Shown here: positions 41,745 to 48,900 of the stretch, in pieces | Numbering within the stretch: the first letter of the stretch is position 1 | How the letters are laid out: every line of letters begins with the position of its first letter | NCBI GenBank assembly: GCA_038064895.1 | Contig: JBBTSA010000014.1 | Location: 9,962 to 61,969 of the forward strand | Direction: 5' to 3' | From: Patescibacteria group bacterium | GTDB lineage: Bacteria; Patescibacteriota; Microgenomatia; Daviesbacterales; UBA10151 | Length of the DNA stretch: 52,008 bases | Position numbers and translations under genes: made by a program | Notes under the pieces: generated by a model | The model's database searches: none | What the model was told of the DNA's origin: nothing | The model's input: the letters and a program-made list of their open reading frames with translations, nothing else

Positions 41745-42096
41745 TAAACTTATTTTATAAATTCAATCTGGAAAATGCAAATTGTGTACATTTGATACAC
41801 TTTGTATATATTGACAAAATTCAGCAATAGCTTTATTCTGTCAATATATGTTGAAAGTTAAGGTCAGTTGCGGGAATAGTCAATCTAGTGAAATGAATTT
41901 TATATCTGTTTGTTTCCTCAGATAAATTTCCCACTAAATTGTTGTGGGTGTCTCTTATCAGCTGAAGGAGATTAAATCCAGCAATGGTAAGCGTCGGTAA
42001 CACGAGGTTGCGTAAAACATTATGGTATGTACCGAGAAACACAGACCATATAACAACCAGCCCACACAGAAATTATAATATGGATGTAGGTTATTT

Positions 42097-42357
42097 ATGG
42101 GAATGTTTAATTCAATTATTTTAAAAGATCCAATTAAATGCCCTAAATGTGGGATGGAACTTAAAGATTGGCAATCAAAAGACGTATGGTACCTTAAGTA
42201 CCCAGTGGCTAACGTGCTAATGGACATCACTCTTAGTTCAAGGGTAGATTGTGAAGCTCATACATTTTGTGATAACTGTGGAGAGTGGGTAGATTTGGAG
42301 ATTAAAAAGGGCAAAATTGTTAAGCAGGAGCATCATCCCACACCACATTCGGAATGA
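42097..42357 (+). CDS. zinc-ribbon hypothetical protein
   Basis: 86 aa. CPKCG ... CDNCG pair. Confidence 0.5.
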   Translation: MGMFNSIILKDPIKCPKCGMELKDWQSKDVWYLKYPVANVLMDITLSSRVDCEAHTFCDNCGEWVDLEIKKGKIVKQEHHPTPHSE

Positions 42358-42361
42358 ATAA

Positions 42362-42405
42362 AAATCCCTAGGTGGCGTATCTGATCCACCTCCCAGGTGG
42401 GATTT
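42362..42405. terminator. hairpin between convergent genes (possible bidirectional terminator)
   Basis: aaatccc-t-AGGTGG-cgtatctgat-CCACCT-ccc-AGGTGG-gattt, with alternative stems. Confidence 0.35.
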
Positions 42406-42413
42406 AGAACTGG

Positions 42414-43025
42414 CTAAACTACTTCAGCTACTACCCTTGCTGGAGCACCATCAAGTTGAAGTTTTAAAGGAAGAGCATAAATCTTAAATTCCTTGCCTTC
42501 AAGCTGCTCTACATTTGTTAGATTTTCAATTATTAGAATACTATTTTTAAGCAGAATTTTATGGATGGGAAATGTTGTATCACCCTTATCTACACTGCAG
42601 TTATCCAAACCCACCATTTTTACTCTTTTAGCTACAAGATAATTTGCAACCTCCTCATCCATAACCGGGTAATTATCATAATATTCCTGCTTTCCCCACA
42701 AATTGGCCATTCCTGTATTAAATACAACAATATCCCCCTCCCTAATATCAGCCCTTTCAATTTCAGTAAAATCAAAATCTTTAGTATTTATATAAACTCC
42801 TCTTCCTATCAGTCTATCCAACAGGAATTCATCCAAGTTTTTTCCCCCGGATATCATATGTCTTGGGGCATCAACGTGGGTGCTAACATGGGTACAAAAG
42901 GAAACATAATGTTGTTCAAAACCATCTTTTTCCAAATCTCCGGCATTTTCAATTTTATTTGCTGGATCACCGGGGAAAATAGGCATTCTTTCGGTTATTG
43001 GATGTGATAAATCAATAAATTTCAT
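42414..43025 (-). CDS. cyclase-family protein / kynurenine formamidase-like
   Basis: 203 aa. IDLSHPI..PIFPGDP, HVSTHVDAPRH, GLDNCSVD, IENL..PLKL..GAPARV. Full putative-cyclase motif set. Its ATG overlaps the trxB stop (ATGA). Confidence 0.8.
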   Translation of the reverse strand: MKFIDLSHPITERMPIFPGDPANKIENAGDLEKDGFEQHYVSFCTHVSTHVDAPRHMISGGKNLDEFLLDRLIGRGVYINTKDFDFTEIERADIREGDIVVFNTGMANLWGKQEYYDNYPVMDEEVANYLVAKRVKMVGLDNCSVDKGDTTFPIHKILLKNSILIIENLTNVEQLEGKEFKIYALPLKLQLDGAPARVVAEVV

Positions 43026-43996
43026 TTTAAATTTTCTAAATCCCGATCTAATCGGGATAAATATTCTTCAACATCAAATGCAGCTTTGCATCCCATGCCT
43101 GCTGCTGTGACTGCTTGTCTGTAATGATAATCAGCAACATCACCTGCTACAAATACCCCTTTCACTTCCGTATGGGTTTCATTTAAAACCTTCACATATC
43201 CTTTTTCATCTAAAGGCAGTTGTCCTTTTAAAAATCCTGTATTTGGCTTGTGACCTATGGCAATAAATACTCCATCTATTCCTAATTGGCTAATCTTCCC
43301 ATTTTGAGTATTTTTTAATCTCACTCCTGTTACTTTATCCTGTCCTGAGCTTGTCGAAGGATCTTGTCCTAATATCTCCTCAACAACAGTATTCCAGATA
43401 AAATCTACATTTTTCTTGGATTTTACTAACTCTTGTAATGCTAATTGTGCTCTAAGTTTATCACGACGATGAACCACAATTACTTTTTTACAAAGTTTGG
43501 AAAGATAGGCTGCCTCCCTCATGGCAGTATCCCCTCCTCCAACAACAATTACATTTTTATCTTTAAAGAAAAATCCATCACAAACAGCACAGGATGAAAC
43601 ACCTTTGCCGATTAACCTTTGTTCAGAGGGAATTCCCAACCACATTGCAGAGGCACCAGTGGCTATAATCAAGGTTTCAGTTTTCAGGTTACAGGTTTCA
43701 GTTTTAATAACAAATGGTCTAGCTTGCAAATCAACTGATACAACATCCTCATCAACGAATCTGGTATCAAATCTCTCTGCCTGCTTTCTCATTTTTTCCA
43801 TCAGCTCCGGCCCTTGGATGCCAGTATCAAAGCCTGGGAAATCATCAACATCAGTTGTAAGCATAAGCTGTCCCCCAGCTTCCCTGCCAGACACCACCAC
43901 AGGAGCTAAGCTCCCACGAGCAGCATAAATTGCAGCTGTTAAACCAGCAGGGCCTGAACCAATGATGATCAGTTTCTCAATCGTGGATTTGTCCAT
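43022..43996 (-). CDS. trxB: thioredoxin-disulfide reductase
   Basis: 324 aa. GSGPAGLTAAIYAAR, redox CAVCDG, GGGDTAMREA, GVFVAGDV. Confidence 0.92.
   Translation of the reverse strand: MDKSTIEKLIIIGSGPAGLTAAIYAARGSLAPVVVSGREAGGQLMLTTDVDDFPGFDTGIQGPELMEKMRKQAERFDTRFVDEDVVSVDLQARPFVIKTETCNLKTETLIIATGASAMWLGIPSEQRLIGKGVSSCAVCDGFFFKDKNVIVVGGGDTAMREAAYLSKLCKKVIVVHRRDKLRAQLALQELVKSKKNVDFIWNTVVEEILGQDPSTSSGQDKVTGVRLKNTQNGKISQLGIDGVFIAIGHKPNTGFLKGQLPLDEKGYVKVLNETHTEVKGVFVAGDVADYHYRQAVTAAGMGCKAAFDVEEYLSRLDRDLENLK
43024..43084. repeat. direct repeat DR3 = authentic 3' end of trxB
   Basis: Template of DR1 and DR2. Contains the 8-bp inverted repeat atcccgat-cta-atcgggat. Confidence 0.85.
43338..43370. 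repeat. short family-B GC-rich element in frame in trxB
   Basis: The core cctgagcttgtcgaagga reads PSTSSG on the coding strand. These are the same termini and frame as the 36-nt copies in the synthetase genes. Confidence 0.7.
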
Positions 43997-44039
43997 GAAC
44001 GCAGACTATATCCTAACATGTATATAAGCACTCTAACAA

Positions 44040-44288
44040 TTACCTTGCAGTACCACCTGGTGTAGATGTTTTCTGTTTCACCGATCCTGTTGCCTCCTTT
44101 GCTCCCGGGGTAGCAAAAGGCGTGGCTGAAGGGCTAGGTGTAACCTCTGGGCTGGGACTTACAACTACCTCTTCTTCTGTAATTTGTGGTGAAACCGGCG
44201 GCTGAACTTTGCTTCGAAGCCATATCAGATATCCTGCGATTACAACAACCACTAAAATAATTATAACTATAGCTACATTCCTATTCAT
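44040..44288 (-). CDS. small membrane-anchored hypothetical protein
   Basis: 82 aa. N-terminal TM followed by a Pro/Ser/Thr-rich tail. Confidence 0.5.
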   Translation of the reverse strand: MNRNVAIVIIILVVVVIAGYLIWLRSKVQPPVSPQITEEEVVVSPSPEVTPSPSATPFATPGAKEATGSVKQKTSTPGGTAR

Positions 44289-44315
44289 TTAAACAAATCA
44301 CCTCCCCCGGGCATC

Positions 44316-44969
44316 TTAAGGAATATTAGTCTTTTTATTTTTAAAAATCAACCCTGAGGCAAAAAATCCCATCCCGGCTCCTAAAAAGCTTCCTCCTATT
44401 ACATCAGATGACCAGTGTTCTCCTAAATATACTCTAGTTATTCCCATAGCAAAGGTAAGTCCAATAAGCATAGCTAATGAAATAAATTTAATAAGTATAT
44501 TTCTTTGAGAGACAAATACCCAAATAATAAGGATGGTAATAATAAAAATTGTTCTTGTCATATGTCCAGATGGATAAGAAAAATCAGTATGAACATAAAA
44601 GGAGGGTAACCCTGTAGGTAAAAGTGTCCTATGTAAAAAAACAGGTGGTGCAGGATGGAATAAAACCAACTTTCCAAACAGTTCTCCTAAAGTTGCAGGA
44701 ATAATCATAAGCCACCCTAAAAATCCTAATAACTTGCCTCGGATTAAAAATATGATAGCAAGCAGAACACAAAAAGTAGCTGTTGCCTCCACACTTCCCA
44801 GAAGAGAAAAATATGAAAAAAATTCATCGAATGTTCTGGGAATACGGTCTTGCAATTTGACAGTTGTATCAAAATCAAACTTAGAATAAGTCTCTTTTGC
44901 AACTGTATAAGAAAAACTCGTAAAGATAAAAAGGGATAAAAAAGAAAGTAGAAATAATTTAAGTCTCAC
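44316..44969 (-). CDS. PAP2-family phosphatase (membrane)
   Basis: 217 aa. PSGH and TRVYLGEHWSSDV motifs. Confidence 0.8.
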   Translation of the reverse strand: MRLKLFLLSFLSLFIFTSFSYTVAKETYSKFDFDTTVKLQDRIPRTFDEFFSYFSLLGSVEATATFCVLLAIIFLIRGKLLGFLGWLMIIPATLGELFGKLVLFHPAPPVFLHRTLLPTGLPSFYVHTDFSYPSGHMTRTIFIITILIIWVFVSQRNILIKFISLAMLIGLTFAMGITRVYLGEHWSSDVIGGSFLGAGMGFFASGLIFKNKKTNIP

Positions 44970-44975
44970 AACCTA

Positions 44976-45413
44976 TCACTCTACAGTAACTGAGCCAGTA
45001 AGTGAAGGGTTAAGATGATCGTGGTATTTATAAGTACCTGCATCTGGAAAGCTTAAAGATTTTTTCTCACCTGATTTTAAAAGCCCTACTGTATTTAGAG
45101 GCGGATAAAGTTGGTGAGTTGGATGAACTGCAGATTGCACTTGATGGCTTTCAGAATCTTCATTCATCCAGCTAATTGTATCCCCTGCCTTTATAGTGAT
45201 ATTTTGTGGCATAAAACCGGATGATGATATGGTTACAACATTTTTCTCCATCTGGGCAGTTTCAGTTGCCTCGGAAGTTGATGGGCTTGCTTCTTCTGTA
45301 GTAACTTGGGGAGCAGGAGATGGAGCTTGTGCTTTTTGAGACTGAAGAAAATACCAACCAGCCAAAATTACCAAAACTACAATAACCCCTATTGTTAGAT
45401 TCCTGGATGACAT
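44976..45413 (-). CDS. membrane-anchored cupredoxin-fold protein (no Cys ligand)
   Basis: 145 aa. N-terminal TM. ITIKAGDTISWMNEDSESHQV ... GTYKYHDHLNP resembles plastocyanin-like domains, but the mature part has no cysteine. Confidence 0.55.
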   Translation of the reverse strand: MSSRNLTIGVIVVLVILAGWYFLQSQKAQAPSPAPQVTTEEASPSTSEATETAQMEKNVVTISSSGFMPQNITIKAGDTISWMNEDSESHQVQSAVHPTHQLYPPLNTVGLLKSGEKKSLSFPDAGTYKYHDHLNPSLTGSVTVE

Positions 45414-45414
45414 A

Positions 45415-46143
45415 TTAAATATTACTATATCTTGAAATTATCCTCTGTGTCAAGTTAGAGATCAGTAAGGATAAGATAAGTGGATCAAATTGGGAAAATC
45501 TACCCAGTATGAGATAGCCTGCTGCAACAACAGCTCCGTATACTAAACCCAGCTTAACAGTTGCAGGAGATGTCTTGGGTTCAATTAACATAACTGAAGT
45601 GAAAAAAAGTGAGGAGGAAGAAGTTAAAATACTGGGGCCACTAAACAGGACAACAGGTGCTAAAAATCCAACCATAGGTGTCCATCTCTTTAATTTATAT
45701 AAAAGGATCGGAATCCAGATTAGGTAGATCCAAAAATTTTCCCCTCCAACCCACCAGGAAGGATATGAGCCTAAAAACATACCTACAAATAGCCCCGCCC
45801 CGGCGGGGTTGAATATATGTCGTCCATCCCACTTAACCAAAAACTTAATAACCATGGCAACCAAACCAATAATTGCCAAAATAATGGAGCTTGCTCCAAA
45901 TTGGGCTACAAGACCAATAATAAGTCCTGTGATAAGAGGTGTAAGGGGCTTTGACCATCTTTTTAGTTCCAGATAATCAAAAAATAAACCTGCAGCAGTT
46001 GTTGTAAAAACTGCAGGAAGAGCCTGCATTAAAACTTTTTGCAGCCCAAAAGTAAAAGTTCCTAAAAAATATAAAGATAAAAGAAAAATAATAACCAGAT
46101 AATAAATACTGATTCTATCTAAAATTGGCATAACTATACGCAA
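45415..46143 (-). CDS. RnfD/NqrB-like integral membrane protein
   Basis: 242 aa, polytopic. GRHIFNPAGAGLF motif as in RnfD/NqrB. Confidence 0.5.
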   Translation of the reverse strand: MRIVMPILDRISIYYLVIIFLLSLYFLGTFTFGLQKVLMQALPAVFTTTAAGLFFDYLELKRWSKPLTPLITGLIIGLVAQFGASSIILAIIGLVAMVIKFLVKWDGRHIFNPAGAGLFVGMFLGSYPSWWVGGENFWIYLIWIPILLYKLKRWTPMVGFLAPVVLFSGPSILTSSSSLFFTSVMLIEPKTSPATVKLGLVYGAVVAAGYLILGRFSQFDPLILSLLISNLTQRIISRYSNI

Positions 46144-47327
46144 CTTTCAAGAATCCTTAAACCTTCTCCTGCTGTTTTTTTATCAATTGTGAGAGCAGGA
46201 AAAAATGTCAGAATATGTGATGCCTCATCTGTAATAAGCAAGCCTTTTTCTCTGCAGCGTTCAATTATCTGCCTCGTATAGCTTAAGTCTTTTTCTTCAA
46301 ACTCAACTGCTACTGCTAATCCTTTTATGCGTACCCATGCTTTATACCGGAACTGAATTTTCTTTAAATTATCTTCAAAAAATTTACCAAGTTCCTCTAT
46401 ATGTTTAAATAGTTTTTCTTCATTATTTAGCATATATTTGATGGTAGCAAGAGCTGCCTCAACACTTGTTGGATGCCAGCCATATGTTGAATAAAAACTA
46501 AATTCCCAATCCATACTCTTTGCAACTTCTTCTGTTGTAATAGTTGCCCCTAGCGCAGCATATCCTCCGGTTATTCCTTTTGCAAAAGTCATAATATCTG
46601 GCTTAAGATCAAAAAGTTCAGCGGCAAACATTTTGCCACATCTTCCAAAACCAGTTGCAACCTCATCAATAATAAAAACCGTACCATATCTTTTACATGC
46701 ATTAGTTATGATCTCAAAGAACTCCTGATTAGGAATTAGAACGCCTAAATTACAGACAATTGGTTCCATAATGAATCCGGCAATATCACCCTTTTGTAAA
46801 AGCTCCTCCGCCTCTCTTGCAGCTTTTGCATTAAGCGGTGGTTTAATCTTGTAACATCCAGGTAGAAGATTGACGTAATGTTTCCTAAATCCGGACGATC
46901 CAACACTCATAGCACCAATTGAATGGCCATGATAACTCCCTTCAATGGAGATAAATTTAGATCTCTTTGTATAGGACATTGCTGCTTGCAGGGCAATTTC
47001 AACAGCCTCTGTGCCACCTGTTGCAGGATAGCTTTTTGTAAGTTTCCCTGGAGTTATTTTAGCAAGAAGTTGGGCAAGTTCTACCCATGGTTTGTAAAGA
47101 TAAAATGGCCTTATGTATTCTGGTCCATCAAAGTTTTTTATGGCATTCCTTATTTCCTTAACACCCCAGCCAATGTTCCCAACACACCAACCCATTAGAA
47201 AATCAATGTATTTTTTGCCCTTTGTATCATATAAGAAGCTATCTTTTGCCTTAACAATCTCAATAGGAACTAGTGGGAAACCTCTTCCAAAATACCTTGA
47301 ATCTTTTTGCTGAAGAGCTTGATCCAT
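46134..47327 (-). CDS. class III (omega) aminotransferase
   Basis: 397 aa. GGTEAVE, IIDEVATGFGRCGKMFA, PLP-Lys context TFAKGITGG. Confidence 0.85.
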   Translation of the reverse strand: MDQALQQKDSRYFGRGFPLVPIEIVKAKDSFLYDTKGKKYIDFLMGWCVGNIGWGVKEIRNAIKNFDGPEYIRPFYLYKPWVELAQLLAKITPGKLTKSYPATGGTEAVEIALQAAMSYTKRSKFISIEGSYHGHSIGAMSVGSSGFRKHYVNLLPGCYKIKPPLNAKAAREAEELLQKGDIAGFIMEPIVCNLGVLIPNQEFFEIITNACKRYGTVFIIDEVATGFGRCGKMFAAELFDLKPDIMTFAKGITGGYAALGATITTEEVAKSMDWEFSFYSTYGWHPTSVEAALATIKYMLNNEEKLFKHIEELGKFFEDNLKKIQFRYKAWVRIKGLAVAVEFEEKDLSYTRQIIERCREKGLLITDEASHILTFFPALTIDKKTAGEGLRILESCV

Positions 47328-47331
47328 AAGT

Positions 47332-47556
47332 TTGATATACTATACTACATTTTACAGTATGGATCCTTACTGGTTTGTTATTATCTCAAACCTTTTTATT
47401 AATTTATCTGCTGGTTGGTTTGCAGCGGCACTCATTATTCCTGCAACCTCAAAAAGAACAGTTAAATTAAATTTCTGGTTATTTACTGTAGATATTTTGT
47501 TTGGTATACTGTGTTTAGTTGTTGCATTTTACTTGGGTAAGTTAGGAGGATTATGA
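47332..47556 (+). CDS. small membrane hypothetical protein
   Basis: 74 aa (TTG start; an ATG lies at 47359). Two hydrophobic helices. Confidence 0.45.
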   Translation: MIYYTTFYSMDPYWFVIISNLFINLSAGWFAAALIIPATSKRTVKLNFWLFTVDILFGILCLVVAFYLGKLGGL

Positions 47557-47663
47557 AAATAAGAAACAAAACTGATCTTTATGATATAAATGTCCGTGTT
47601 GCTCTTGCTTTTGGGCTGGCAGTTATTGCACTCCTGTTAGCATTCAGTATCCTTGGAAAGTAA
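47553..47663 (+). CDS. possible 36-aa membrane peptide
   Basis: ATGA overlap with the upstream ORF. MKIRNKTDLYDINVRVALAFGLAVIALLLAFSILGK. Not in the supplied track. Confidence 0.3.
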   Translation: MKIRNKTDLYDINVRVALAFGLAVIALLLAFSILGK

Positions 47664-48089
47664 TTACCTACTTAAAATCCTTGAAGTTGAGTGATTCCCT
47701 ATAATTTTGGTTACATATTTTATTTTAGCACCAACTTTTTTGGCTGATCTTTCATGATGGTGTGAATTCTCATATCCTTTAGCAGTTGCAATAATATCAG
47801 GTTTAATTTTTTTTATAATCTCATCATATTCTCTTTCAGTTTCTATAAATGGGAGCTTTATAACCTCATCAACAGATTTTAAAGCAAGCAGTACTTGAAC
47901 CCTCTCGTCTTGATTGTGAACGGGTCTTTTTACACCCTTTAATTTCTTAACTTTCTCATCAGATTCCAAAAGTACAACCAGTTTATCTCCTGCTTTTTTA
48001 GCTTTTTCCAAAAAAATCACATGTCCGGGATGCAGCACATCAAAACATCCCCCAACCAAAACAACTTTTTTACTTTTAGTAAAGTTCAT
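47664..48089 (-). CDS. cytidylyltransferase-like nucleotidyltransferase (RibL/FAD-synthase- or RfaE-II-like)
   Basis: GGCFDVLHPGHV (GxFDxxHxGH) motif. I prefer the ATG at 48089 over the TTG at 48092. Confidence 0.75.
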   Translation of the reverse strand: MNFTKSKKVVLVGGCFDVLHPGHVIFLEKAKKAGDKLVVLLESDEKVKKLKGVKRPVHNQDERVQVLLALKSVDEVIKLPFIETEREYDEIIKKIKPDIIATAKGYENSHHHERSAKKVGAKIKYVTKIIGNHSTSRILSR

Positions 48090-48111
48090 CAAAAAATTAT
48101 ATCATCTCTAA

Positions 48112-48180
48112 TTAAGTTCCTTTTAACACATAGTAAGTTGCTCTGCCTTTACCTTTTCTCTCAATTAAACCAAGATCAAT
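48112..48180 (-). pseudogene. remnant of the C-terminal wHTH of a larger regulator/ATPase gene
   Basis: The frame reads ..IDLGLIERKGKGRATYYVLKGT-stop with a stop codon just upstream. This resembles the C-terminal HTH of AlbA_2/ATP-binding 'putative transcriptional regulator' proteins (from memory). Confidence 0.35.
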
Positions 48181-48181
48181 T

Positions 48182-48214
48182 TTAGACGATTATTAGACGA
48201 TTATTAGACGATTG
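48182..48214. repeat. 3 x 11-bp tandem repeat (TTAGACGATTA)
   Basis: ttagacgatta ttagacgatta ttagacgattg, between the glutaredoxin-like stop and the nucleotidyltransferase start. Confidence 0.85.
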
Positions 48215-48234
48215 TCAACACGAAGCGGAAGGTT

Positions 48235-48483
48235 TCATGCAATCCCCAGGGCTTGATTAATTTTATCCTTATCAAATCCCAAAACAGTAACCTGGGATCC
48301 GTCATCTTTACTAATTACTGTAAACGGCACTCCCATTTGTCCTGAAATTTTTACCATGTCCTCTGCTGCTTTTGGATCCTGATCAACATAAATTTCTTCA
48401 AATTTTATACCTTTGGAATTTAAATATTCCCCCTCCATCTTGCAATAAGGACAGGTTGTAGTTTTATACATTTTTACATTCAT
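48235..48483 (-). CDS. glutaredoxin/NrdH-like thioredoxin-fold protein
   Basis: 82 aa. CPYC active site and GVPFTV motif. Confidence 0.8.
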   Translation of the reverse strand: MNVKMYKTTTCPYCKMEGEYLNSKGIKFEEIYVDQDPKAAEDMVKISGQMGVPFTVISKDDGSQVTVLGFDKDKINQALGIA

Positions 48484-48513
48484 TTAAAACACCTCCTTCT
48501 TAAAACAATGCTC

Positions 48514-48900
48514 TCATATAACAATTAGGTAAGCAAGTAGAGTATTTATTCCTATTGCAATCAGGCACCAAGAGCAAAATTTACGAAGAATTACAATTTG
48601 AACAAATAAAAGATAAAATGAAAATATTAAAGCCACAGAAACTCCAATTGTTATAAATATATTAGGATTTTGCCCAAAGAATTGGGAAAAGGCAAGCAAA
48701 AAATAATAAACCATACCTGTAATCTCATTTTTTATTCCAAATGTCCTGCCATATTTTGAGCCTACAACTGCACCACAATCCCCTCCTATTAAACAAAACA
48801 TCTTTCTCCCTGTTGCAACTTCTCTTTTGTATTGAAAGTATAGGTAAAAAGCATTCAAAAAACCTAAAATACAAAGAAGCAGTATAATCATAGTATCCAT
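48514..48900 (-). CDS. vitamin K epoxide reductase (VKOR) family protein
   Basis: 128 aa, 4 TM helices. Loop Cys pair (C..GGDC) and CSWC active-site motif. Confidence 0.75.
   Translation of the reverse strand: MDTMIILLLCILGFLNAFYLYFQYKREVATGRKMFCLIGGDCGAVVGSKYGRTFGIKNEITGMVYYFLLAFSQFFGQNPNIFITIGVSVALIFSFYLLFVQIVILRKFCSWCLIAIGINTLLAYLIVI

Noticed and set aside
42561-43007. 148-aa ORF on the + strand.
   Set aside because: It is antisense to the cyclase-family gene, which shows the full motif set.
40824-43084. Calling the trxB-tail cassette array a classical integron.
   Set aside because: There is no IntI-type integrase or attI next to it. The repeats are copies of a coding 3' end rather than attC-like sites with the R''-L''/L'-R' organisation. 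I keep it as 'integron-like in outcome' only.
45790-45810. GC-rich block CCCCGCCCCGGCGGGG considered as another mini-element.
   Set aside because: It encodes the conserved FNPAGAG motif of the RnfD/NqrB-like protein, so its composition is explained by protein conservation.
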